A stretch of 64,000 nucleotides of DNA from an uncultured Gemmatimonadales bacterium (lineage in GTDB: Bacteria > Gemmatimonadota > Gemmatimonadetes > Gemmatimonadales > GWC2-71-9). Of this stretch, positions 18,677 to 27,965 are shown piece after piece. The notes beneath the pieces are model-generated. The model had not been told where the DNA came from. It saw only the letters and a program-made list of their open reading frames with translations, and ran no database searches. The translations under genes and the position numbers were made by a program. Where the stretch lies: assembly GCA_963828735.1 (NCBI GenBank), contig CAWHFW010000001.1:64001-128000 (forward strand). The letters run 5' to 3'. How positions within the stretch are numbered: position 1 is the stretch's first letter; every line of letters begins with the position of its first letter.

Positions 18677-19596
18677 GCGTGCTGATGTGCCCGGGGCAGG
18701 GCGCCCAGCGCGTCGGCATGGGTCGGGACCTCGCCGAGCGGTTTCCCGCGGCGCGGGACACCTTCCAGGCCATCGACGACGCGCTCGGCGTCGCGCTGTC
18801 GCGAATCATGTGGGAGGGGCCCGAGGACGATCTCACCCTGACGCACAACGCCCAGCCCGCGATCCTCGCGCACTCGGCCGCGGTCTGGTCGGTGGTGAAG
18901 GGCCGTGTGGGCCCGATCGGCGCGGCGGCCGGCCACAGCCTGGGCGAGTACAGCGCCCACGTCGCCGCCGGCGCGGTGGACGCGACGGTCGCGGCCGCGC
19001 TGGTGCGGCGCCGGGGAGAGCTCATGTACGCCGCCGGCCGGGCCCGGCCTGGCGCGATGGCGGCCGTGCTCGGGCTCGCGACGGAGCAGGTGGACCAGGC
19101 CTGCAACGAGGCCTCAGGATCCGACGGCGTCGCCGTCGCCGCCAACCTGAACGCGCCCGACCAGACCGTCGTCTCCGGGGATCCCGCGGCCGTGACGCGC
19201 GCGGGCGACGGCTGCAAGGCGCGCGGCGCCAAGCGGGTCATTCCGCTCAAGGTGAGCGGCGCGTTCCACTCGCCGCTCATGGCGCCGGCGGTGGACGGCC
19301 TCCACGATGCGCTCACGGGCGTTGGCTTCGCGAACCCGGCGTTTCCGGTCATCGCCAACGCGAGCGGCGAGGCGGTGCGCACCGGCGTCGATGCCAAGCG
19401 CCTCCTCGTGGATCAGCTGACGGCGCCGGTCCGATGGGTGGCCTGCATGCAGACCGCCGCAGCGCTCGCCCCCGGCGCGACGTTCGTCGAGATCGGCCCT
19501 GGCAACGTCCTGTCCGGGCTCATCAAGCGGATCGTACCTGGCGCCGCCACCATCACGCTCGGGACCGCCGACGAGGTGGAGAAGTTCCTCGGATGA
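18670..19596 (+). CDS. fabD: Malonyl-CoA:ACP transacylase
   Basis: PGQGAQ, QPAI, GHSLGEY, VSGAFHSPLM, QLTAPVRW and EIGPG motifs. Confidence 0.96.
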   Translation: MVSVLMCPGQGAQRVGMGRDLAERFPAARDTFQAIDDALGVALSRIMWEGPEDDLTLTHNAQPAILAHSAAVWSVVKGRVGPIGAAAGHSLGEYSAHVAAGAVDATVAAALVRRRGELMYAAGRARPGAMAAVLGLATEQVDQACNEASGSDGVAVAANLNAPDQTVVSGDPAAVTRAGDGCKARGAKRVIPLKVSGAFHSPLMAPAVDGLHDALTGVGFANPAFPVIANASGEAVRTGVDAKRLLVDQLTAPVRWVACMQTAAALAPGATFVEIGPGNVLSGLIKRIVPGAATITLGTADEVEKFLG

Positions 19597-19606
19597 TACG
19601 CACGGC

Positions 19607-20347
19607 ATGAGGACCATCGACCTGAGCGGCAAGGCCGCCTTCGTCACCGGTAGTACGCGGGGGATCGGCCTTGCGATCGCGCGAGCCCTCCACGGGGCGG
19701 GGGCCAAGGTCGCCGTGGTCGGCCGGGAGCAGGCGCGGGCGGCCGCCGTGGCCGCCGAGCTGGGGGACCGCGCGGTCGGGGTCGGGTGCGACGTGGCGAA
19801 GGGCGATCAGGTCGACGCCGCGATCGGCGCGGCGGAGCAGGCCCTCGGCCCGATCGACATCCTGGTCAACAACGCCGGCCTCACGCGCGACAACATCCTG
19901 CTCCGCCTGTCGGAGGCGGACTGGGACACCGTGCTCGACGCGAACCTCAAGGGAGCGTTCCACACGACGCGCGCGGTCATCAAGGGCATGATGAAGCGTC
20001 GGTCCGGGCGGATCGTGAACATCACGAGCATCGTGGGGCTGACGGGGAACAAGGGACAGGCCAACTACGCGGCAAGCAAGGCGGGATTGATCGGATTCAC
20101 GAAGTCGGTGGCCAAGGAGTACGCAAGCCGCGGCGTGCTCGTCAATTGCATCGCGCCTGGGTTCATCGAGACCGACATGACGGCCGCCTTGCCCGATGAG
20201 GCGAGGACCACATTATTACAGGACATTGCCCTGGGCCGCTTGGGGCGCCCGGAGGATGTCGCGAACGCTGTGCTCTTTCTGGCCTCCGACCTGGCGGCGT
20301 ACGTGACTGGCCAGGTCCTGGTGGTCGATGGTGGGATGGTCATCTGA
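19607..20347 (+). CDS. fabG: 3-oxoacyl-ACP reductase
   Basis: [33 protein letters not shown] and VDGGM motifs. Confidence 0.96.
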   Translation: MRTIDLSGKAAFVTGSTRGIGLAIARALHGAGAKVAVVGREQARAAAVAAELGDRAVGVGCDVAKGDQVDAAIGAAEQALGPIDILVNNAGLTRDNILLRLSEADWDTVLDANLKGAFHTTRAVIKGMMKRRSGRIVNITSIVGLTGNKGQANYAASKAGLIGFTKSVAKEYASRGVLVNCIAPGFIETDMTAALPDEARTTLLQDIALGRLGRPEDVANAVLFLASDLAAYVTGQVLVVDGGMVI

Positions 20348-20381
20348 CCTCCGTACGCGGGAAACTCCAATCGAGGACCAC

Positions 20382-20621
20382 ATGAGCAACGTCGAAGAGA
20401 AGGTCAAGGACATCATCGTCGAGGAGCTGGGCGTCGAGCGCGAGAAGCTCACCAGCGAGGCGAGCTTCATGGAGGACCTCGGCGCCGACAGCCTCGACAC
20501 GGTCGAGCTCGTGATGGCGTTCGAGAAGGAGTTCGATATCGACATTCCGGACGAGGACGCCGAGAAGCTCCGCACCGTGGGCGACGCCATGAACTACCTC
20601 CACGAGAAGATCGGGAAGTAG
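20382..20621 (+). CDS. acpP: Acyl carrier protein
   Basis: [20 protein letters not shown] motif. GAGG RBS before ATG 20382. Confidence 0.97.
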   Translation: MSNVEEKVKDIIVEELGVEREKLTSEASFMEDLGADSLDTVELVMAFEKEFDIDIPDEDAEKLRTVGDAMNYLHEKIGK

Positions 20622-20622
20622 C

Positions 20623-21864
20623 TTGTCGCATCGTGTTGTGGTCACCGGGCTCGGCCTGGTGACCCCCGTCGGAACCGACGTCGAATCGACCTGGAATGCG
20701 CTGCTCGCCGGCACGCCCGGCGCCGCGCCGATCACGAAGTTCGATCCCCAGAAGCTGTCGGTCCGGTTCGCGTGCGAGGTCAAGGGCTTCGATCCGCTGA
20801 AGTACATCGACCGGAAGGAGGCCCGCCGGTACGATCTCTTCGCGCAGTTCGCGCTCGCCGCGGCACATCAGGCCGTCACCCAGGCCGGCCTGGAAGGCAA
20901 GTTCCCGTCGCCCGAGCGAACCGGCGTCGTCATCGGCAGTGGCATCGGCGGGATGCAGACGTATGAGGACAACTGCACCGCCTACGTCCTGAAGGGGCCC
21001 GACCGGGTGTCCCCCTTCTTCGTCCCCATGTTCATTCCGGACATCGCGGCCGGGCTCGTGAGCATCCGGTACGGGCTCAAAGGACCGAACTATGCCACGG
21101 TGTCGGCGTGCGCCTCGTCCGCGCACGCCATCGGCGATTCGTTTCACATGATCCGGAACGGTGTCGCTGACGCAATGGTGACCGGCGGCTCCGAGGCCGC
21201 CATCACCGGGCTCACCGTCGCGGCGTTCGCCAACATGAAGGCGCTGTCGAGCCGGAATGACTCGCCCGCGACCGCGAGCCGTCCATTCGACCAGGACCGC
21301 GACGGCTTCGTGCTGGGGGATGGCGGGGCGATCGTGGTACTCGAGAGCCTCGAGCATGCCGAGCGCCGCGGCGCTCGGATTCTTGGCGAAGTGCTGGGGT
21401 ACGGGTCGAGCGGCGATGCCTACCACATCACCTCCCCGGCCGAGCACGGTGAAGGTGCCCAGAGGGCGATGCAGTCCTGCCTGACGGACGGCCGGATCGA
21501 TCCGAAGGACGTGGACTACATCAATGCCCACGGAACCTCCACCGAGCAGGGCGACGTGGCCGAGACCGAGGCGGTCAAGGCGGTGTTCGGCGAGCAGGCC
21601 ACGAAGCTGGTCTTCGGCTCCACCAAGAGCATGACCGGCCACCTGCTCGGCGGGGCGGGCGCGCTCGAGTTCGGGGTCTCGCTGCTGGCGGCGACCTGCG
21701 GCGTCATTCCCCCGACCATCAACCAGTTCACGCCCGACCCACGCTGCGATCTCGATTGCGCGCCCAACAGGAAGGTGGAGCGGTCGGTGAAGGTGGCGCT
21801 CTCGAACTCGTTCGGCTTCGGCGGGCACAACGTGACGCTCGCGGTCAAGAGGTGGGAAGCGTAG
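20623..21864 (+). CDS. fabF: Beta-ketoacyl-ACP synthase II
   Basis: RVVVTGLG, SACASS, SRPFDQDRDGFVLG, YINAHGTST, KSMTGHLLG and SNSFGFGGHN motifs. TTG start. Confidence 0.96.
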   Translation: MSHRVVVTGLGLVTPVGTDVESTWNALLAGTPGAAPITKFDPQKLSVRFACEVKGFDPLKYIDRKEARRYDLFAQFALAAAHQAVTQAGLEGKFPSPERTGVVIGSGIGGMQTYEDNCTAYVLKGPDRVSPFFVPMFIPDIAAGLVSIRYGLKGPNYATVSACASSAHAIGDSFHMIRNGVADAMVTGGSEAAITGLTVAAFANMKALSSRNDSPATASRPFDQDRDGFVLGDGGAIVVLESLEHAERRGARILGEVLGYGSSGDAYHITSPAEHGEGAQRAMQSCLTDGRIDPKDVDYINAHGTSTEQGDVAETEAVKAVFGEQATKLVFGSTKSMTGHLLGGAGALEFGVSLLAATCGVIPPTINQFTPDPRCDLDCAPNRKVERSVKVALSNSFGFGGHNVTLAVKRWEA

Positions 21865-21871
21865 GCATCGA

Positions 21872-23023
21872 ATGACGACTCGGCGGGAACCGATGCCGGC
21901 CGACGCGCGCGCTCCGCGCTCCGCCGGCGTCGTCATTTTGGCAACCCTGGCGGTCTTCGCGGCGCTGTATGCCGGGCGCGAGCTGCTGGTTCCGATCGCC
22001 CTCGCGGTGCTCTTCACTGGCCTGCTGCGACCCGTGGTCCGCGTGCTGGAGCGGGGCGGCCTGTCGCCGGCGTTGGGTGCCACGGCGGTGATGGTGCTGC
22101 TGCTCGGCGTCACGGTGGTGGGCTTCGCGGCGCTCGCCGGGCCGATCCGCGCGTGGGTCGCGCAGGCACCCGACACGTTCGAGAAGGCACAGGAACGGCT
22201 CCAGGGCCTGCGGAAGCCGCTGCAGACAGTGACCCACGTGGTGCAGAAGCTCGAAGGCGGCGCGACGGGAAGCCAGGATCCGCCCCCCGGCAAAGCGCCT
22301 GCCGACTCGGGAGAAGCGCCCGCACGGCATCAGGGTGGGGAGGCGAGTCCGCCAGCGGGCGGCGGCATGACGGGGAGCTCGGCCATCCCTGCGATCGCCG
22401 CCCGGGTGTTCGGCACCACCACCGCGGTCGTTGCCACGGTCGTGGAGGTGCTCCTGCTGACGTTTCTTCTCCTGGCCTCGGGTGACACCTTCCTCACTAA
22501 ACTGGTCCGGGTGCTGCGGCTTCGGCGGGAAAAGCGGGACGCCGTGGAGATCGCCGGCGAGACCGAGCGGGTGGTCTCGCGCTACATGCTCGTCACGGCG
22601 CTCATCAACCTGGGGCAGGGCGCGCTCGTGGGCGTCGCCATGGCGGTGTTGGGCCTTCCGAATCCGCCGCTCTGGGGGCTGCTCACGTTCGGCCTGGAGT
22701 TCATTCCGTTTCTCGGCGGCGCGGCGATGGTCATCCTGTTGACCCTCGCCGGCCTCGCCAGCTTCGATTCCATCGGGCACGCATTTCTTCCGCCGATCGT
22801 CTACCTGACGATCACCACGCTCCAGAACAACCTCGTGAGTCCGATGGCCTACGGAAGCCGGCTGCGCCTGAATCCGGTCGCCGTGTTCGTCGGCGTGCTG
22901 TTCTGGTATGCCCTGTGGGGGGTCCCGGGAGCGTTTCTCGCGGTGCCGATCCTGGCCAGTCTCAAGATCGTCGCGGACCACGTCGATTCGCTGTCCCCAC
23001 TGGCGGAATTTCTCGGGGAGTGA
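21872..23023 (+). CDS. AI-2E family transporter
   Basis: Multi-TM protein with LLVPIALA, EFIPFLG, QNNLVSP...GSRLRLNPVAVF and WGVPGAFLAVP motifs. Confidence 0.88.
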   Translation: MTTRREPMPADARAPRSAGVVILATLAVFAALYAGRELLVPIALAVLFTGLLRPVVRVLERGGLSPALGATAVMVLLLGVTVVGFAALAGPIRAWVAQAPDTFEKAQERLQGLRKPLQTVTHVVQKLEGGATGSQDPPPGKAPADSGEAPARHQGGEASPPAGGGMTGSSAIPAIAARVFGTTTAVVATVVEVLLLTFLLLASGDTFLTKLVRVLRLRREKRDAVEIAGETERVVSRYMLVTALINLGQGALVGVAMAVLGLPNPPLWGLLTFGLEFIPFLGGAAMVILLTLAGLASFDSIGHAFLPPIVYLTITTLQNNLVSPMAYGSRLRLNPVAVFVGVLFWYALWGVPGAFLAVPILASLKIVADHVDSLSPLAEFLGE

Positions 23024-23053
23024 CCGGGGGCGGTTCGCGTCAGCGCCGACGCG

Positions 23054-23653
23054 TCAGCTAGCCTCACGCTCGCGGGCCGGCGCGGGCCTGAAGTCGACCG
23101 CCAGCGTCAGCAGGAAAGCTCCCATGCGCTCCGCTTCCGCGACCGTGAGGTCGCGTGGAACGACGACCTGGGCCAGGAGGTCCGAGCGCAGCGGATAGTC
23201 GAGCGCCATGCTGTTCGAGGGCTGGCGCGCACCTCCGGACCTAGGCCGGGGGGGACCACCCATTGCGGCGCCATCCGCGGTTCCCGGCGCCGGGTCGAGC
23301 CGCCGCCGCGCCTCCGCTCGTCCGGATCGCACCGGAGATCGGAACGCGTAGCTGCCCGGATCGTCCATCCACCTGCCGAACTCCTCGATGGCGCGGTGGA
23401 CGCGCCTCCGATACTCGCCCACGGAGGCCGGGGACAGCCGGCCGGGGTAGCGGTTGAGAAAGTTCTTGAAGGTCGCCTCCACGTCGATCCGCCTGACGTC
23501 CTCCTCCTCCGCGGGGGACAGATCCTCCAACACCTTCATCGTCGCTACCCGCCACCCCTGGGCCGTCGCAGGGTGTACCAACCCTTTCGCGACGACGAAC
23601 TCGATGAACCGCGCGAGGGCGGCGCGGGAATAATCGGGCTGAGTTCCCACCAC
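23054..23653 (-). CDS. Hypothetical protein, possibly DNA-binding (helical N-domain, low-complexity linker, small C-domain)
   Basis: Open frame with good codon usage. GGGAG RBS before GTG GTG (23653/23650). Sequence DYSRAALARFIEF..KGL..ATAQGW...SVGEYRRRVHRAIEEF and C-terminal YPLRSDLLAQVVVPRDLTVAEAERM. Confidence 0.7.
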   Translation of the reverse strand: MVGTQPDYSRAALARFIEFVVAKGLVHPATAQGWRVATMKVLEDLSPAEEEDVRRIDVEATFKNFLNRYPGRLSPASVGEYRRRVHRAIEEFGRWMDDPGSYAFRSPVRSGRAEARRRLDPAPGTADGAAMGGPPRPRSGGARQPSNSMALDYPLRSDLLAQVVVPRDLTVAEAERMGAFLLTLAVDFRPAPAREREAS

Positions 23654-23690
23654 GGCTCCCGGATCAAGATTCCTCCAATCTATTGGTCTC

Positions 23691-23937
23691 GCGTTGGGCG
23701 GCAAGCGTTTGTGGATAGATGTAGACAAACAAAACGCGGCCCCGGCCCGGTGTGGACTGCTGTTCATAAATCCAATGCCTGCACTTGCCCAGCAGAGCCG
23801 CCGACAACGCCATCAAACGCATCCAAACGCCGGCGGATGCGCGGGTGCCTCGAGCGGGCCGATTCAAACGCGCATCAAACTAGAGGCAACGCCGGTCGCG
23901 GGAGGGCAAACAGCGATGGCGGCGGGGTCAACGTTGA
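23691..23937. repeat. Array of short (C/A)AACGC repeats, partly 10-11-bp phased, plus palindromes
   Basis: AACGC ends at 23810, 23820 and 23830. CAAACGC/CAAAC/CAACGC at 23865-71, 23876-80 and 23887-92. AAACGC at 23732-37. Inverted copies GCGTTG 23691-96 and GCGTTT 23705-10. Perfect palindrome TCAACGTTGA 23928-37. Confidence 0.6.
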
Positions 23938-24358
23938 ATCGGACAGGCGAACTTGGAAGTCCTTGCGGCTATGGGCATACCCCCTATGTGCCGCGAAGCT
24001 GTCCGGACGCTGCGAAGGTGCGGACCACCGGCGGGCAGGGGAGTAGCTGGAGAAGGGGTGGGGAAGCCGCTTGGATGGGAGGATGGCCCGAAAGCGCCCT
24101 GATGGCGGTTCGACACAATCGATCGGCAGCGGCTGCTCGGGTGCGGGAGACCCAAGTGCAGAAGCGATGTGCTCGCGCGTGGGCTGGGACAAGGCGCGCA
24201 CTCAGGTTCGGACCGCACGGGCGATCGACGTCGTCTACCCTCGCCGCGCGACCTCCAACTTCGGGGGCCCATCCAGCTCCCCGGCTGAGCGCTGGCCCCG
24301 GCGCCGCCGAATTGACTAGATTTGCGCTGTGTTACCCGCGCTCTCCCAAGGAGATAGG

Positions 24359-25555
24359 ATGTCCGAGGGTATGGCTGCCTTGGAGCTGAGGGATCCCGAC
24401 CTCCAACCCGTCGCCGAGAAAGTGCTCGCCGGCGTCCGGCTGGACGCGGCCGACGGTCTTCGCCTGTATGCGACGAGCGACCTGCTCGGCCTGGGCCGCC
24501 TGGCCGAGGTCGCCAACGCTCGGCGCAACGGCGATCGCGTGCTCTTCTCCGCGAATCAGCACATCAATCCGACGAACGTCTGCGTACTTCGGAACACCTG
24601 CGTCTTCTGCTCGTTCGCGCGCATGCCGAAGGAGGAGGGGGCGTATACCCGGTCGCTCGAGGAGGTCTTTCACGAGGCGGAGCAGGCACGCGGCATGCCC
24701 ACGCGCGAGTTCCACATCGTGGGCGGGCTCCACCCCAAGCTCCGGCTGAGCTACTACACCGACATGCTGCGCGGGCTCAAGGAGCGCCATCCGGACGTGC
24801 ACATCAAGGCGCTTACCGCGGTGGAGATCGCGCACCTGGCGCGGATCGAACGGGTGAGCGAGCGCGATGTGTTGCTCGCGCTGCGCGAGGCGGGCCTCAC
24901 CAGCCTTCCGGGCGGCGGGGCGGAAGTCTTCAGCACGGCGGTGCGCGCCACGATCGCCGAGCGGAAGCTCACCGGCGAGGAATGGATCCGGGTGCACCGC
25001 ACTGCGCACGAGCTCGGCATCCCGACCAACTGCACGATGCTCTACGGCCACGTCGAGACGGCCGAAGACCGCATCGCGCACCTTTCGATGCTCCGCGCGC
25101 TCCAGGACGACACCAGCGGCTTCCTCACCTATATCCCGCTTGCCTACCATCCGGACCACAACGAGCTGGGCGAAGAGCTCGGTCGGGTGGGCACCGCCAC
25201 GACGGGGTACGAGGATCTCAAGAACATCGCCGTGGGGCGGCTGTTCCTCGACAACGTCCCTCACATCAAGACGCATTGGCCGATGGTGACGCCGTTCCTC
25301 TCCCAGATCGCGCTCAGCTTCGGGTGCGACGACGTCGAGGGCACGGTGGTCTACGAGCGGGTGTATCACGAGGCGGGCGCGCACACCCAGATGCACATGC
25401 CCTACCTCGAGCTGGTCCGGCTGATCCGCGGCGCGGGCAAGCGGCCGGTGGAGCGCGACAGCCTGTATCGGCCCGTGCGCGACCAATTCGACGATCCGCC
25501 CCCCGAGCCGACGGTCCGGCGGGGCGCCGCGCTGCCGGTGGTGCACGCCGCATGA
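24359..25555 (+). CDS. mqnE: Aminodeoxyfutalosine synthase (radical SAM)
   Basis: HINPTNVCVLRNTCVFCSF, HIVGGLHP, KALTAVEI, LPGGGAEVF, TMLYGHVE and GTVVYERVYHEAGA motifs. AAGGAG RBS before ATG 24359. Confidence 0.88.
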   Translation: MSEGMAALELRDPDLQPVAEKVLAGVRLDAADGLRLYATSDLLGLGRLAEVANARRNGDRVLFSANQHINPTNVCVLRNTCVFCSFARMPKEEGAYTRSLEEVFHEAEQARGMPTREFHIVGGLHPKLRLSYYTDMLRGLKERHPDVHIKALTAVEIAHLARIERVSERDVLLALREAGLTSLPGGGAEVFSTAVRATIAERKLTGEEWIRVHRTAHELGIPTNCTMLYGHVETAEDRIAHLSMLRALQDDTSGFLTYIPLAYHPDHNELGEELGRVGTATTGYEDLKNIAVGRLFLDNVPHIKTHWPMVTPFLSQIALSFGCDDVEGTVVYERVYHEAGAHTQMHMPYLELVRLIRGAGKRPVERDSLYRPVRDQFDDPPPEPTVRRGAALPVVHAA

Positions 25556-26373
25556 GGCTCGGGCGGATTCCCTGGATCAACTGCTACCCGGTCTACGGAG
25601 CGATCGACCGCGGCCTCGTGCGCGTCCCCGCCGAGCTGGTCACGGGCACCGCGTCCGAGCTGAACGATCTGCTGGCCGCGGGCGAGCTCCAGGTGAGCGT
25701 GGTCTCGGCGGTGGAATACGCGCGCAACGCGGCCGCCTATCACCTGCTGCCCGACCTCGCCATCACCTGCGATGGGCCCGTGCACAGCGTCGCGCTGTTC
25801 TCGCGCCGCCCGGTCGACGCGCTCGATGGGTGTACGGTGCTGCGGACCGCGTCGTCGCGCACGTCGGTGCTGCTCCTCGATCTCATCGCCCGCCACCGGT
25901 GGGGCGTGAGCCCCCGGTACGCGACGGCGCGTGCGGAGGCCTCGGATCTCGACGCGTTGTCCGGCCTGCCGCACGAGGCGGTGCTCGTCATCGGCGACGC
26001 GGCGCTCCTGCTCGCCGCGGAAGAGCGCTATCCGGTGCGGGTGGATCTCGGCGGGGAATGGAAGGCGTGGACGGGGTTGCCCTTCGTCTTCGCGGTGTGG
26101 GCGGCCCGCCGGGACGCCGGAATCGACGCGGTGCAGGCGGTGCACCGTCGTCTGCTCGAGTCACGAGCGTGGGGGTTGGCCCATCTCGACGCCCTCGCCG
26201 CGGCCGCCGCGCGGAGCACTGGAGTCCGGGAGTCCGTGTGTCGCGCCTACCTCGGCGATCTGGACTACGCGCTCTCCTACCGCCACCTCGCGGGGCTCAC
26301 CGATTTCTTCCGTCGGCTGGCGCAGGAGGGGTTGGTGCCGGACGGATCGCTTTCCTTCATCTCGGCCGCCTAA
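25552..26373 (+). CDS. mqnA: Chorismate dehydratase (MqnA family)
   Basis: RLGRIPWINCYPV, GPVHSVALFS, SSRTSV, LVIGDAAL and DLGGEWKAWTGLPFVFAVW motifs. ATGA overlap with mqnE. Confidence 0.9.
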   Translation: MRLGRIPWINCYPVYGAIDRGLVRVPAELVTGTASELNDLLAAGELQVSVVSAVEYARNAAAYHLLPDLAITCDGPVHSVALFSRRPVDALDGCTVLRTASSRTSVLLLDLIARHRWGVSPRYATARAEASDLDALSGLPHEAVLVIGDAALLLAAEERYPVRVDLGGEWKAWTGLPFVFAVWAARRDAGIDAVQAVHRRLLESRAWGLAHLDALAAAAARSTGVRESVCRAYLGDLDYALSYRHLAGLTDFFRRLAQEGLVPDGSLSFISAA

Positions 26374-26433
26374 CCGCGCCGCTGCCGGGATTGGGACGAC
26401 GAGATCAAGCATCACCTGCAACCGGTTGATCCC

Positions 26434-27492
26434 ATGAGCGCTGTCGATCGCAGTTCAAGTGAATTCAAGGCGTTTCTCGGGCTCTACCAACGCGCCCCGC
26501 TCCTCGAGCTCGGCCAGCTGGCCGACGCGGAGCGCTGGCGGCGCCATCCCGACCCCGTCGTCACCTACATCATCGACCGGAACATCAACTACACCAACGT
26601 CTGCGTCGCCGACTGCCAGTTCTGCGCGTTCTACCGCCGACCCAAGGACGACCAGGGTTATGTGCTCAGCTTCGAGCAGATCGGCGCCAAGATCGACGAG
26701 TGCAAGGCCATCGGGGGCGTCCAGATCCTGCTTCAGGGCGGTCACAACCCGTACATCCCGTTCGAGTGGTACCTCGACCTCATGCGCTACATCAAGCGCC
26801 ACCACCCGATCCACATCCACGGGTTCTCGCCCTCGGAGGTCGTGTTCTTCAGCGAGCGGTTCGGTCATTCGGTGGCCGACGTGGTGCGTGAGCTCAAGGC
26901 CGCCGGGCTCGACAGCATCCCGGGTGGCGGTGGCGAGATCCTGGTGGACCGGATTCGCGAGCGCGTGGCGAAGAAGAAGGCGCAGACCGAGGAGTGGCTC
27001 GGCGTCCAGGAGGAGGCGCACCGGCAGGGAATGAAGACCTCCGTCACGATGATGTATGGCCTCGGCGAAAGCGACGAGGACCGGATCGAGCATCTGTTCC
27101 GCGTGCGTGAGGTCCAACGGCGCACCGGCGGCTTCACCGCGTTCATCTGCTGGCCGCTTCAGCCGGAGGGCACGCCTGGCATGTCGCACTATCAGAAGAC
27201 CGACGCGGTGACCTACCTCCGCACGCTCGCCATCGCGCGCATCGTGCTCGACAACGTGCCCAACCTTCAGTCCTCGTGGGTCACGATGGGACATAAGGTC
27301 GGCCAAGTGGCCCTGCGTTTCGGCGCGAACGATTACGGCAGCCTCATGATGGAGGAGAACGTCGTGTCGGCCGCGGGGACGACCTACCGCACGACGCTCC
27401 AGGAGATCGACCGCCTCATCGGCGACGCCGGCTACCGTCCCATGCGCCGCCGCCAGGACTACAGCGTGATCGAGGAGCCGGTGGCCGCGTGA
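26434..27492 (+). CDS. mqnC: Cyclic dehypoxanthine futalosine synthase (radical SAM)
   Basis: VTYIIDRNINYTNVCVADCQFCAFYR, LLQGGHNP, FTAFICW, QSSWVTMG and GSLMMEENVVSAAG motifs. Confidence 0.92.
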   Translation: MSAVDRSSSEFKAFLGLYQRAPLLELGQLADAERWRRHPDPVVTYIIDRNINYTNVCVADCQFCAFYRRPKDDQGYVLSFEQIGAKIDECKAIGGVQILLQGGHNPYIPFEWYLDLMRYIKRHHPIHIHGFSPSEVVFFSERFGHSVADVVRELKAAGLDSIPGGGGEILVDRIRERVAKKKAQTEEWLGVQEEAHRQGMKTSVTMMYGLGESDEDRIEHLFRVREVQRRTGGFTAFICWPLQPEGTPGMSHYQKTDAVTYLRTLAIARIVLDNVPNLQSSWVTMGHKVGQVALRFGANDYGSLMMEENVVSAAGTTYRTTLQEIDRLIGDAGYRPMRRRQDYSVIEEPVAA

Positions 27493-27965
27493 CCCGGGTG
27501 GGCATCGGGTACGACTCGCATCGGTTCACCGCGGGCCGCCCGCTCATCCTCGGCGGCGTCACCATCCCCCACGCTCAGGGCCTTGCCGGCCACTCGGACG
27601 CCGACGCGGTCGCGCACGCGCTGACCGATGCCATCCTCGGCGCGGCCGGCGCGGGCAACATCGGTCAGCTCTTTCCCGATGCCGATCCGCAATGGAAGGA
27701 CGCCGACTCGATGGAGTTGTTGCGCACGGCGCATGAGCTCGTGCGCGGTCGCGGCCTGACGCTGACGCAGGCCGATTGCTCCGTGATCACCGAACAGCCC
27801 AGGTTGGGCCCCCACTTGGGCGCCATGGCCGCCGCGCTGGCCTCCCGGCTGGGGGTGGAGTCAGGGGCGATCAGCGTGAAGGCGAAGACGAACGAAGGCA
27901 TGGGCTTCATCGGCCGCGGAGAGGGCCTCGCCGTCATCGCCGTCGCGGTGCTGGAGGTCCGCTGA
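27489..27965 (+). CDS. ispF: 2-C-methyl-D-erythritol 2,4-cyclodiphosphate synthase
   Basis: RVGIGYDSH, GHSDADAVAHALTDAILGA and KAKTNEGMGFIGRGEG motifs. Confidence 0.95.
   Translation: MTRVGIGYDSHRFTAGRPLILGGVTIPHAQGLAGHSDADAVAHALTDAILGAAGAGNIGQLFPDADPQWKDADSMELLRTAHELVRGRGLTLTQADCSVITEQPRLGPHLGAMAAALASRLGVESGAISVKAKTNEGMGFIGRGEGLAVIAVAVLEVR

Noticed and set aside
23710..23718. Single DnaA-box-like TGTGGATAG suggesting an origin
   Set aside because: An isolated one-mismatch box with no cluster, no DUE and no dnaA/dnaN context.
23801..23892. Repeats considered as a CRISPR array
   Set aside because: Units are only 6-10 bp, there are no 30-40-bp unique spacers, and there are no cas genes.
23694..24389. 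231-aa + strand ORF and other short ORFs across the long intergenic region
   Set aside because: Atypical codon usage, no RBS or motifs, and overlap with the starts of both flanking genes.
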